NCBI GenBank assembly: GCA_964389675.1
Contig: CAYMEV010000031.1
Location: 1 to 32,963, forward strand
DNA: 32,963 bases
Source of the DNA: an uncultured Candidatus Sumerlaeota bacterium
GTDB taxonomy: Bacteria > CAYMEV01
Direction of reading: 5' to 3'
A program made the position numbers and the translations under genes. This document shows positions 10,501-18,733 of this stretch, piece by piece (position 1 is the stretch's first letter; the number at the start of each line of letters is the position of its first letter). The notes beneath the pieces are model-generated. The model searched no databases, was not told the origin of the DNA, and was given only the letters and a program-made list of their open reading frames with translations.

Positions 10501-12006
10501 TCTTGCATAATTCCTGTTATATTTATCGGATTCAGCCTGTTCAAAATAGTCCTTAAGAAAAGACACAAATGGATTAAAAGCACTCCTGAGAATCTGGTCG
10601 CAATGAAGGTAGAAAAAACTGCATTTTTCAGTACCGATGCTTTCTATGAAATTGGATATAAAACGTGATTTTCCCACGCCTGCTTCGCCTTCTATATAAA
10701 CAATACCCCCGAATTTATTTTTGAAAATGGGGGATACAAGGTTTTCCAGATCATTTTTTTCCCTGGCCCTGCGAATATATCTGCCTGCATAGCTGACATG
10801 TTTTTTTACCCGGGTTTTTGATTCGAGCGACCAGAGGGAGATCGCGTCTGAGAAACCTTTCAGCCTTGCATTGCCTGCAGGGCTAAAGCTGTATAAAGGT
10901 GAAGCTGATTCAGTTATGCCTGGACTGCATAATATCTGGTCCCATTCAGCTTTCATCATCAATCTTGCCGCAAGATTAACAGCATTCCCCATAACTCCAT
11001 AGCATGCACGAATGCTGCTGCCCTTAATTCCTGCATATACCACTCCGCTGTTAATGCCGATCCTGCACTGGGAAGAGATTTTACCCTTCAGGGCCAATGC
11101 AAAATCAAGAGCTCTTGTCATAAGGTGCTCATATGTCTGAGGAACTCCAAATATGATAAGAGTATTGGTTCCTTTATCACCGCTGTCAATGCCTTCAAAA
11201 TAACCCTTGTAAATATCTGCATGTTCAATCACGATTTTTATGATCGATTCCAGTTCAGAAGATGATCCGGGGTCCTGATATGAAATGAATACAGCTGTGA
11301 TTTTCCGGAATTCGCCCTCCGGAGGCGTCTCCAGTATCTTTTCGGGTATAAAGGCCTTTAATATTCCATAATCAATATCAGCAGTCTTTTTCAGCCTTTT
11401 ATTAAATTGCTTTCTGCATGAAACAACCCTGAAGAAGCTTTCATCTAACCTTCTGAATACTATTTCCCTTTTATCTGCCTGTGACATTAAACCACTGTCA
11501 AAAACTATATCCATTTTATTGCAGCGATGTTCAGAATAAGAGCATTTGTCAACAGCTTCTCCCCTGAAATAATATGCTTTATGGCTGTCAGTGCCTGTAA
11601 TGCCCCATTCTACCGCACCATATGAAAGTCCGATCTTTACGGATATATCAAATATCCCGAAACGGGATTCCTGTCTGCCGTGCTTCCTAAATATATCTCT
11701 TATACATATTGCACAGTCAATGATCTCTGAAGCGTTTGCAATATCCCTGAATACTGCTGTAAAAGCATCTCCTGCAAATGCAGTAATAAATCCCTCTGAA
11801 ATATGGACTGCTTCTATTACAGGCCTGAAAATATTATTAATGATTACCGCAAGTACTTCAGCCCCCTCTTTACCTTCCTGCATCAGGCGCTCTGTCATGG
11901 ATGTAAATCCGGATATATCAATAAACATTGTATATGCCTTGAATTGACCATTAAAACTGTTGTTGGAAAATTGTTCTGCAATAAAATGAGGTATGAAATT
12001 ATGCAT
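7576..12006 (-). CDS. Soluble-adenylyl-cyclase-like class III cyclase (two domains) - STAND ATPase - TPR protein (SWACOS family)
   Basis: C1: FIDISGFT and FAGDA (both metal-binding Asp). C2: DKG and VNLAARLM. Walker A GEAGVGKS, Walker B IILDDVHWID, GGNPFF, IIARIDRL and YIFKHALIRD. Twelve 40-aa TPR-like units. Confidence 0.92.
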   Translation of the reverse strand: MHNFIPHFIAEQFSNNSFNGQFKAYTMFIDISGFTSMTERLMQEGKEGAEVLAVIINNIFRPVIEAVHISEGFITAFAGDAFTAVFRDIANASEIIDCAICIRDIFRKHGRQESRFGIFDISVKIGLSYGAVEWGITGTDSHKAYYFRGEAVDKCSYSEHRCNKMDIVFDSGLMSQADKREIVFRRLDESFFRVVSCRKQFNKRLKKTADIDYGILKAFIPEKILETPPEGEFRKITAVFISYQDPGSSSELESIIKIVIEHADIYKGYFEGIDSGDKGTNTLIIFGVPQTYEHLMTRALDFALALKGKISSQCRIGINSGVVYAGIKGSSIRACYGVMGNAVNLAARLMMKAEWDQILCSPGITESASPLYSFSPAGNARLKGFSDAISLWSLESKTRVKKHVSYAGRYIRRAREKNDLENLVSPIFKNKFGGIVYIEGEAGVGKSRFISNFIESIGTEKCSFFYLHCDQILRSAFNPFVSFLKDYFEQAESDKYNRNYARFKNIYSSIINKAEDEELKDELIRGESIIGAFVGLERKGSLFSQLDPKGRYENTIQSVKTFIKAHCMRKPLVIILDDVHWIDSDSKELLKALIINVEDYPFILLAACRPNDDGTSYTIFADTSEVAKRVEINPFSREAFSDLIADRLKADKSEIPEDTEDFIFRKSGGNPFFADQITLYMKEENIIDEKLCLRSRSTDIPASISQIIIARIDRLSIRLKNIIKTASVIGREFALNILRRLLFLTDITRKDEEFHEYLKMGYDEQIWEELTDLSYIFKHALIRDSVYGMQLKETLRNLHNLAGTVTEELYKSDLSEHYGKLADHFEKAENTEKAINYLLKAANYEKENYKNADSINHFSRILNLTEDVYLLKETCFQLAKIYFVTGRSAESNKYFQSALKLAKKIGNPFEEAVIKNEFAILLIKSSEFKSGEQMLNEAQEIFKKYDEPLYLMENRRALSLSYIFQHKDKEALKLLNHIIRHVDKDKNPVLYASALQNITSIYGNQNNNKKFLSYAKKTISLAEKHRLNAILSVAYGNMAQACHNEGNSNSAHEFLRKKIGLAKKLGDKRSLGHAMQIAGRMYTTEGQYSSAVDHFKKQLGIALETDDIYFAGLANINLSIPLVNLSEMDQALACLKKAYQIFKKLNIRNHLIGIVIKIASIYQYQGQNRRALSLYFDQFDEIGKSNDFYYLTELYFKIAGCYKDMGQLQQAIYYFKAGINLGRQKSNYIDLINAEISVSLIYQMMGKFTLAIKQLSSTLAAAEECSYHAMDYKAYSLLAENNHDLGRFRPALEYADKAMEIAEKNQNTRDYISILYTKGMIMAGQGSWTKALELLDLAFVKCRDLEKAEYLTAKTGSAISEILFNTGRWNQALRISEKLISMIDLKRKNDLSERVKMVFYISNTKRDKDYAVRNLISLSVYTDNKETEAACNYYLYRLTSAWRFRIKCYTLYKELSERYPCYLHKQRIKFCYCMPV
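7957..9396 (-). repeat. 12 x 120-nt (40-aa) TPR-like units, highly diverged
   Basis: Protein from LKETCFQL to EKAEY spans exactly 1440 nt and parses into twelve 40-aa helical-repeat units. Confidence 0.7.
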
Positions 12007-12185
12007 GAGGCTAATCAGTCAATTTATCTATATTAAATATATTCATAATCGTTTCAGGATAATAATGAATAAGCTATTTGGGTTAATCAACATGACCTTT
12101 ATTATTATAATTCCTTTTTTGCATTATTTTAAGATAAAAAAATAAGCTGTAATCCTGTCATTTTTTAGCAAACAGGCCTGAATGA

Positions 12186-12214
12186 TTGAAAAAAATTGAA
12201 GATTGTGATAATAT
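12186..12214 (+). promoter_or_regulatory. Putative sigma70 promoter for cNMP-PilT in the divergent intergenic region
   Basis: TTGAAA (12186-12191), 17-nt spacer, TG-extended TAATAT (12209-12214). The region is AT-rich, so chance matches are possible. Confidence 0.35.
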
Positions 12215-12304
12215 TTCTTCAGCAGAAATATTTTGATTGCAAAATATGATAATAATAGTTAATTTTAATAAAAAAATTCTATTTTCAATTTAGGAGGATA
12301 TTCA

Positions 12305-14095
12305 ATGAAATTAATCCCATTGGAAGGCAGTTTGTATGATAAGGCTTTAAATACCCTAAAAGATGCTGATCTGTTCAGCAGGCTTAAACCCGACCATATT
12401 AAACAGGTTATGAAATATGCCGGGCTTATCAGCTATGAAGACCAGGATATTATTATCCAGACTGGTGATGCCGCTGACTGCTTCTATATTTTAATTGAAG
12501 GCCAGGCCAGGGTTTTTATTGAGCTGGACAAAAAGGGTCTGAAGATGGAGGTAGGCAGCCATAAAAAGGCTGATATTATTGGAGAAATTGGATTGCTCCT
12601 GAACAAGAAACGCTCAGCCACAGTAATTGCATGCCAGGGTGCATTAGCTCTCCGCTTTGATAAAAAGGTATTGCCTCATGCCATTGAAAAGATTCCTGGT
12701 TTTCAGTCGGTTCTGAACGAGGTGCTGGCCTACAGGCTGTACAATCTGTCAGGCAGGTTTCCCAGAAATACTGTTGAGACTGAACCTGCAAGCCCGGACA
12801 AAGAGGCATTGTCCTTCCTCCCCATAAACTTCATCATAAGGCACCGGGCCCTGCCTTTGAAATCAGAGGGGGATACAATGACCATCGGATTCGTTGATTA
12901 TCCAAATCCTGCAGTTATCAGCAGTATTGAAAAATTCATTCCAGGTATGGAGATAAAGAGTGTCAAAGTGCCGATTGATTTCTTCGATGAGCAGTTAAAG
13001 GGTCTTCTGGCAAAGGATAAAAAGGAAAAAAAGGCAAAAGGCAGGACATATCAGTTAAACGAGCTTCTTGAGAGAATGGTTGAAGAAGGAGCATCAGACC
13101 TCCATCTATCTGCTGATCAAGAACCATGCTGGAGAATAGATGGCAGGATAGTACAGATCAAAGACAGCAGGCCATTTTCTGAAAAGGAAGCCTGGAACCT
13201 GTTTGAACCGCTTCTTAACAGCCGTCAGAAATCGGATTTTGAGAGAGATTACAGCCTCGATTTTGCCCATTCAATTAATAATGCCCGCTTCAGGATAAAT
13301 CTTTATCATGACTATAATGGAGTTAATGCAGCGATAAGAATGATACCTTCAAATGTATTGTCCTTTGAACAGCTCGGATTGCCGAATATGCTTACAAAGT
13401 TATGTGATAACCCGAATGGCATAGTCCTTGTTACCGGCCCCACAGGATGCGGCAAAACAACCACACTGGCATGCCTTATTAACCATATTAACGAAAACTA
13501 TGATAATCACATAATAACCCTTGAGGACCCTATTGAATATCTCCATAAAAGCAAGAAATGCCTTATCAATCAGCGGGAATTAAATACACATATCAGGTCT
13601 TTCAAGGATGGATTAAGATTTGCATTACGTGAAGACCCGGATGTTATCCTTGTAGGTGAAATGCGTGACTATGAAACTATATCACTCGCACTTGAGGCAA
13701 GTAATACCGGCCATCTGGTATTTGCTACACTTCATACTCCAACAGCAGTATCTACAATTGAACGAATTATCCAGGTTTTTCCTAGCGAACAGCAGAATAA
13801 GATACGCTCACTCCTTGCAGATAATATAAGGGGTATATTATGTCAGGCAATGTGCAGGAAGATAAGAGGCGGAAGAATACCTGCACTGGAAGTACTGATA
13901 GTTAACCCTGCTATTGCAAATATGATCAGAGAAAGCAAGCTGACACAGATCCCTTCAGCTATGCAGACTTCCAAAGCTCAGGGAAATGTGCTTCTGAATG
14001 AATATCTGGCAAATCTGGTAAGCAAGCATAAGATTACACCTGATGAAGCCTTAAAACATGCAATAGATAAGCAGGATCTAAAGAAAAGGATTTAA
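12305..14095 (+). CDS. pilT: PilT/PilU-family type IV pilus ATPase with N-terminal cNMP-binding domain and a T2SSE_N-like domain
   Basis: cNMP domain: GDAADCFYILIEG and GEIGLL...RSAT. PilB-N-like segment FLPINFIIRHRALPL...IGFVD. ATPase: GASDLHL, GPTGCGKTTT, ITLEDPIEY, ALREDPDVILVGEMRD, TGHLVFATLHT and AIANMIRE (PilT AIRNLIRE-like). AGGAGG RBS. Confidence 0.9.
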   Translation: MKLIPLEGSLYDKALNTLKDADLFSRLKPDHIKQVMKYAGLISYEDQDIIIQTGDAADCFYILIEGQARVFIELDKKGLKMEVGSHKKADIIGEIGLLLNKKRSATVIACQGALALRFDKKVLPHAIEKIPGFQSVLNEVLAYRLYNLSGRFPRNTVETEPASPDKEALSFLPINFIIRHRALPLKSEGDTMTIGFVDYPNPAVISSIEKFIPGMEIKSVKVPIDFFDEQLKGLLAKDKKEKKAKGRTYQLNELLERMVEEGASDLHLSADQEPCWRIDGRIVQIKDSRPFSEKEAWNLFEPLLNSRQKSDFERDYSLDFAHSINNARFRINLYHDYNGVNAAIRMIPSNVLSFEQLGLPNMLTKLCDNPNGIVLVTGPTGCGKTTTLACLINHINENYDNHIITLEDPIEYLHKSKKCLINQRELNTHIRSFKDGLRFALREDPDVILVGEMRDYETISLALEASNTGHLVFATLHTPTAVSTIERIIQVFPSEQQNKIRSLLADNIRGILCQAMCRKIRGGRIPALEVLIVNPAIANMIRESKLTQIPSAMQTSKAQGNVLLNEYLANLVSKHKITPDEALKHAIDKQDLKKRI

Positions 14096-14288
14096 TTTTT
14101 TAATCAGGGCAGATAAATAATATTTTTTCTGAAGGCTTTTTACAGCCCTGGATGGTAGTATGGATAAGCCTGATAATTTTTATACCGGAGATTACTGAAC
14201 GGATTCGTGCTTCATCTTCCGCATATATTCTGTATACCGCAATTTAATAGCTGTTTCTGCGGAGGGGGAAAAATCTGCACCATGCTGT

Positions 14289-14317
14289 TTGATTTTAAGG
14301 ATTAATTAATATAAGAT
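14289..14317 (+). promoter_or_regulatory. Putative sigma70 promoter for the C69 peptidase gene
   Basis: TTGATT (14289-14294), 17-nt spacer, TAAGAT (14312-14317), upstream of the AGGAGG RBS. Confidence 0.35.
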
Positions 14318-14356
14318 ATAAAATATTGATTATAGAAATTATCAGGAGGAAATTAT

Positions 14357-16090
14357 ATGAAAAAGGCTATTCTTTGTCTTATTATCCTATCCGTCTGCTT
14401 TTCTTTGAGTTCATTCTGCTGTACAACATTGCTGGTCACAAAGGGGGCATCAGAAGACGGTTCTGTTTTTGTCGCACACTCGGATGACAGTGAGCTTTTT
14501 GACCAGAGGCTTGTATATGTTCCTGCAGCAGACCATAAACCCGGATCTATGCGCCCGGTCTATTATGATGCTGCGTCTCTGGGGGACAAGCCTGAATATC
14601 ATTCATATAACCTGCGCCGATACGTAGGAAATGAGCGTGGTCCGACATATATGAATGATGATTATCCTCAGAGCATACCTCTGGGTTATATACCGCAGGT
14701 TGAGCATACATATGCATATTATGACGGATCATATGCAATCATGAACGAGCATCAGCTTATGTTCGGCGAATGCACTGACGGTACCAAAATACAGCCTGAT
14801 CCTGTCCCCGGAAAGCTGATCTTTTACAGTGCTGAACTCAGCAGGGTTGCTGCCGAGCGCTGTACAAAAGCGCGTGAAGCTGTTGAACTTATCGGGCACC
14901 TTCTTGAAACCTACGGCTACTATGGTACTGGAGAGACCCTCCCGATTGCTGATCCAAAAGAGGGCTGGGTAATTGAAATGGCTCCCAGTCCTGAGGGTAC
15001 CGGAGGCCTGTGGGTCGCTAAAAAGGTCCCGGATGGTGAAGTATTTGTTGCGGCAAATGAGCTGAGGATTCGTGAAGTAGATACTGATGACCCTGATATG
15101 CTTTATTGCAAAGACCTTCATGATATAGCAAGAAAGCACGGATGGTGGAAACCGGAAGATGGTAAACTTGACTGGCTAAAAACCGTAAGTGAGGGGGAAT
15201 ACAGCCATCCCTATTATTCACTGAGAAGGGTGTGGCGCCTGCAGTCAAGATTAGCTCCTTCAAGGAATTTATCCCCATGGGTGGAGAACGGTTTTACAAG
15301 GGAATATCCTTTTTCAATAAAACCTGATAAGAAACTTGGAGTCCGGGATGTGATGAATCTCTACAGGGATTATTACCAGGGAACTGAGTTCGACCTGTCA
15401 AAGGGTATAACGGCCGGCCCATTCGGCTGTCCTTACAGATATCCCGGGCCAATGGATTCTTCAGGTGACACGGGGGATCCAAATGCAAAACTGAAAGGGG
15501 CATGGGAGCGACCTATATCAATCTTCAGATGCGGTTTCAGCTATGTGTGCCAGGCCAGGGACTGGCTTCCAGACCCTGTAGGGGGAATTGTCTGGTTTGG
15601 CCCGGATGAGCCCATGAGCACATGCTATGTGCCATTTTATTCAGGAGTAACGAGAATTGCCAAACCGTATTATACCTGCGATACAAGTGTTTTCAGCCAG
15701 GATAGCGCCTGGTGGGCCTTCAACTTTGTGGCGAACTGGGCCGGTTTGAAATACAGCTATATTATTAAGGATATTCAGAAAATGCAGGATGAGATAGAAA
15801 CTGCACTGATAGACAGTATTGGTATTATGGACATGAAAGCAGCGGAATTATATAAATCGGACCCCGAGAAAGCAATTGAAATGATCACAGAATATTGTGA
15901 AAAACAGGCTAATGAAACGGTAAGGGAATGGTGGAGCTTTGCCTGGCTGCTTGTTGCGAAGTATGCTGACGGCTATGTAAATACTCCCGGGGCGATGGCA
16001 AAAGAAGTAGGCTATCCGGATGACTGGTATCAGAAATCCAGCTGGCCACAAGGCCCGGTAAGCTATCAAAAACCTGAAGACAGACAGTAA
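14357..16090 (+). CDS. Secreted C69-family dipeptidase (Ntn hydrolase)
   Basis: Signal peptide followed by CTTLLV..GAS.DGS..VAHSDD (N-terminal nucleophile Cys), MNEHQL..GECT, AREAV, RRVWR and SAWWAFNFV. AGGAGG RBS. Confidence 0.9.
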   Translation: MKKAILCLIILSVCFSLSSFCCTTLLVTKGASEDGSVFVAHSDDSELFDQRLVYVPAADHKPGSMRPVYYDAASLGDKPEYHSYNLRRYVGNERGPTYMNDDYPQSIPLGYIPQVEHTYAYYDGSYAIMNEHQLMFGECTDGTKIQPDPVPGKLIFYSAELSRVAAERCTKAREAVELIGHLLETYGYYGTGETLPIADPKEGWVIEMAPSPEGTGGLWVAKKVPDGEVFVAANELRIREVDTDDPDMLYCKDLHDIARKHGWWKPEDGKLDWLKTVSEGEYSHPYYSLRRVWRLQSRLAPSRNLSPWVENGFTREYPFSIKPDKKLGVRDVMNLYRDYYQGTEFDLSKGITAGPFGCPYRYPGPMDSSGDTGDPNAKLKGAWERPISIFRCGFSYVCQARDWLPDPVGGIVWFGPDEPMSTCYVPFYSGVTRIAKPYYTCDTSVFSQDSAWWAFNFVANWAGLKYSYIIKDIQKMQDEIETALIDSIGIMDMKAAELYKSDPEKAIEMITEYCEKQANETVREWWSFAWLLVAKYADGYVNTPGAMAKEVGYPDDWYQKSSWPQGPVSYQKPEDRQ

Positions 16091-16164
16091 ATAAACCTGA
16101 TAAAGTGTATCAGGCCCAGGCTCAGAAAAGAGGGCCGAAATAGAATAAAAGCGGGGTGTGCAGT

Positions 16165-18447
16165 ATGAAAGCTTATAAATTACCCATACTGATCAATGTT
16201 TGTATTATTATCTGTTTCCTGTTAAGCTCATACAGCTGTGAAAAAGACAAAAATACAGAAATTATTGGTCTTACAGAGATCGACAGCTTGGAAAATGCTG
16301 AAGGATATTTTGCAGGATTCTATTCACCTGTAAGGTTTGAAGTTGATCCAGGCATAGAGCAGTATACACTGCCATTTAAGGGAGAGGATATTCAGAATTA
16401 TAAAGATATTACGACAAAACTGCTGATATTGCCTGAAGCTGAAAAGCTGATTAAAAATAATGGTTTTGTGGTGGTTCCATGGGGTAAAACAGATGATATG
16501 GTCAAGGCATACAGGGACCTGAAAAAGAGGGAAATACCTGTATTTGTGACCAGCGACACACTTATGCACCTCTATCATATCCAGTTTGATGAAACACTCA
16601 AAGGTATTGAAGAAAAGGAATTCTACCGGGACCTCATAAGCATAACAAAAAAAATGCTTGATATCTCCGTTAAGCAGTATGAGAAATTAAGCGGCGACTT
16701 AAGAAAAGCTGCAGAGAAAAATATAGCCTATTTTTCAATTGTCCTGAAACTCCTGTTACCTGAAGGGCAGATACCCGTCAATCTGCATGAAATAGTTGAA
16801 AGTGAGCTGGAATTAATAAATGCCCATGAAGGTTTCAGTGAGTCGCCCCTGTTCAATTACCGCGAGGATTATTCTCAGTATGTTCCCCGCGGGCATTATA
16901 CAAGGAGCGAGGAATTGGAAAGATACTTCATGGCAATGATGTATTACGGGAGAATGGTATTTCTTCTTAAGGGCCATAGGCAGTATGGGCCCATCTCTCC
17001 GCCTGCAGAAGCTTTGATATCCCCTGAAGAATCAAAGCTTCAGACACTGCAGGCCATGCTGATATCAATAAATATACAGGATTCCCTGGAAAGTGGCAGA
17101 ACCATAGCTGAAGCATGGAACCGCATATATCTTGTTACTGCCTTCTACTCAGGATTCTCAGATGATCTTTCCCTTTATGATTATCGTGGAACCATCAGGG
17201 AGGTCTTTGGAGAAACTCTTTCCTGGAAGGATCTTCTGGATGAGGACAAACTTTTCAAACTCAAAAAAAAGTTTGCATTATTGCCAAGCCCAAGGATCTA
17301 TGGTGGGACAGGCGAGTCAGGAGTGATAATCGGCCCTGGAGATTCCTTTAAGCCGGAACATCTTGATGAGATACTGGAAAATACAAAGGGCATGAGATTC
17401 ATGGGACAGAGATTTGTTCCGGATTCCTACATGTTCAGTCATCTGGTATCTCCTGCAGCAGGCGACTTTACAGGAGAAAACGCACCCTTTACGATGGTCG
17501 AGATCCCAGGAGGAAAGATAAGGGGTTTTCCAAGGGGGCTTGATATAATGAGCATTCTGGGATCAAAAAAGGCTGAAGAAATATTGAGAGAAGAAGGTGA
17601 TAAGGCATATACATACTATGATAAACAGTATGAAAAGCTGGAGAGCGAATTCGCGAAATTTGATGAAAACAGCTGGAACCGCAATCTGTACTGGAGCTGG
17701 CTTTATGCTTTAAGAATTCTTGTCAATTATGATTTTTCAGGAAACCACCAGGCTTTTATGAAGACCAGCGCATGGATTGATAAGGAATTAAACCTTTCTC
17801 TGGCTTCCTGGTCGAGCCTGAGGCATGATACGATACTCTATGCCAAACAGAGCTATACACCTACACTGGGTACCACATCCGCAAAGCCTTTTCCTCCCCC
17901 TCCCAAACCTGTAGTAGGGTATGTGGAGCCTGTCCCGGAACTGTATGCTCACCTTCTTGCTATGACAAAAATGACAAACCATGGATTAAAAGAGCTGGAT
18001 GTCCTGGATGAAGAATCAGAATACAGGCTCAGCCAGCTCGAGATTATCCTTGAAAAACTCCTTGATATATCTGTAAGGGAGCTTAATAATGAAGAATTAG
18101 CTGAGAAGGATTATGATTTCATAAGGAATTTCGGTGAAAACCTTGAAAACACTGTTGCATCCGTTGATACAGAAGGCATTAAAACTACGATCATAGCAGA
18201 TGTACATACTGATCAGAACACACAGAAGGTCCTTGAAGAGGGAACAGGTTATGTAAATCTTATAATTGCAGCCTATGAACTGCCTGACGGGAGGATATTG
18301 CTGGGTGCAGGGCCGGTATTATCCTACTATGAGTTCAAGCACCCTCTTTCAGACAGGCTTACAGATCAGAAATGGCAGGAAATGCTGGCATCCGAAAGAG
18401 AGCCATCGCCTCCGGAATGGACAGGCAGTTTTTATATATCCGATTGA
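16165..18447 (+). CDS. DUF3160 domain-containing protein, probable lipoprotein
   Basis: Motifs FVTSD..MHLYH, EDYSQYVPRGHYT, GQRFVPDS, LASW..LRHDTILYAKQSY, GYVEP, ADVHT and RLTD..W. Hydrophobic leader ending SYSC. ATG 16165 preferred over GTG 16156 because GGGGTG lies at RBS spacing. Confidence 0.85.
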   Translation: MKAYKLPILINVCIIICFLLSSYSCEKDKNTEIIGLTEIDSLENAEGYFAGFYSPVRFEVDPGIEQYTLPFKGEDIQNYKDITTKLLILPEAEKLIKNNGFVVVPWGKTDDMVKAYRDLKKREIPVFVTSDTLMHLYHIQFDETLKGIEEKEFYRDLISITKKMLDISVKQYEKLSGDLRKAAEKNIAYFSIVLKLLLPEGQIPVNLHEIVESELELINAHEGFSESPLFNYREDYSQYVPRGHYTRSEELERYFMAMMYYGRMVFLLKGHRQYGPISPPAEALISPEESKLQTLQAMLISINIQDSLESGRTIAEAWNRIYLVTAFYSGFSDDLSLYDYRGTIREVFGETLSWKDLLDEDKLFKLKKKFALLPSPRIYGGTGESGVIIGPGDSFKPEHLDEILENTKGMRFMGQRFVPDSYMFSHLVSPAAGDFTGENAPFTMVEIPGGKIRGFPRGLDIMSILGSKKAEEILREEGDKAYTYYDKQYEKLESEFAKFDENSWNRNLYWSWLYALRILVNYDFSGNHQAFMKTSAWIDKELNLSLASWSSLRHDTILYAKQSYTPTLGTTSAKPFPPPPKPVVGYVEPVPELYAHLLAMTKMTNHGLKELDVLDEESEYRLSQLEIILEKLLDISVRELNNEELAEKDYDFIRNFGENLENTVASVDTEGIKTTIIADVHTDQNTQKVLEEGTGYVNLIIAAYELPDGRILLGAGPVLSYYEFKHPLSDRLTDQKWQEMLASEREPSPPEWTGSFYISD

Positions 18448-18521
18448 AGTAAGATTGAAAGCGCTTTATTATGCATCCTTATTAGGATTCTCCCTTCAGT
18501 TCAGCATATAAAGCCATGCAT

Positions 18522-18550
18522 TTGACATAAATGATATGCTATGGTATAAT
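18522..18550 (+). promoter_or_regulatory. Consensus sigma70 promoter for the GNAT-racemase operon
   Basis: Perfect TTGACA (18522-18527), 17-nt spacer, TATAAT (18545-18550) with an extended -10 TG. Confidence 0.8.
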
Positions 18551-18733
18551 ACATAAAGAATCTGGTTAGACATGGATGTATTGCTTTATTAATCTGGAGC
18601 TGTTGAAAGACCTGATTACAGAGATTATATAAGATTGCCTTTGTAAAAGCCAAATAAAAAGCACAGCCGCACAATTGATTTAAGCCTGTACTGGATTTAA
18701 TTTAACCGGGTAAAAAAGAATTAGGAGGAATGT

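Noticed and set aside
12204-12219. TGTGA as a possible CRP site between the cyclase and pilT
   Set aside because: Only a half-site is present. The second half reads TTCTT rather than TCACA.
16096-16114. Hairpin CCTGATA-aagtg-TATCAGG after the C69 gene as a terminator
   Set aside because: There is no U-tract after the stem and the next gene starts about 50 nt later. At most it is a stability or processing element.
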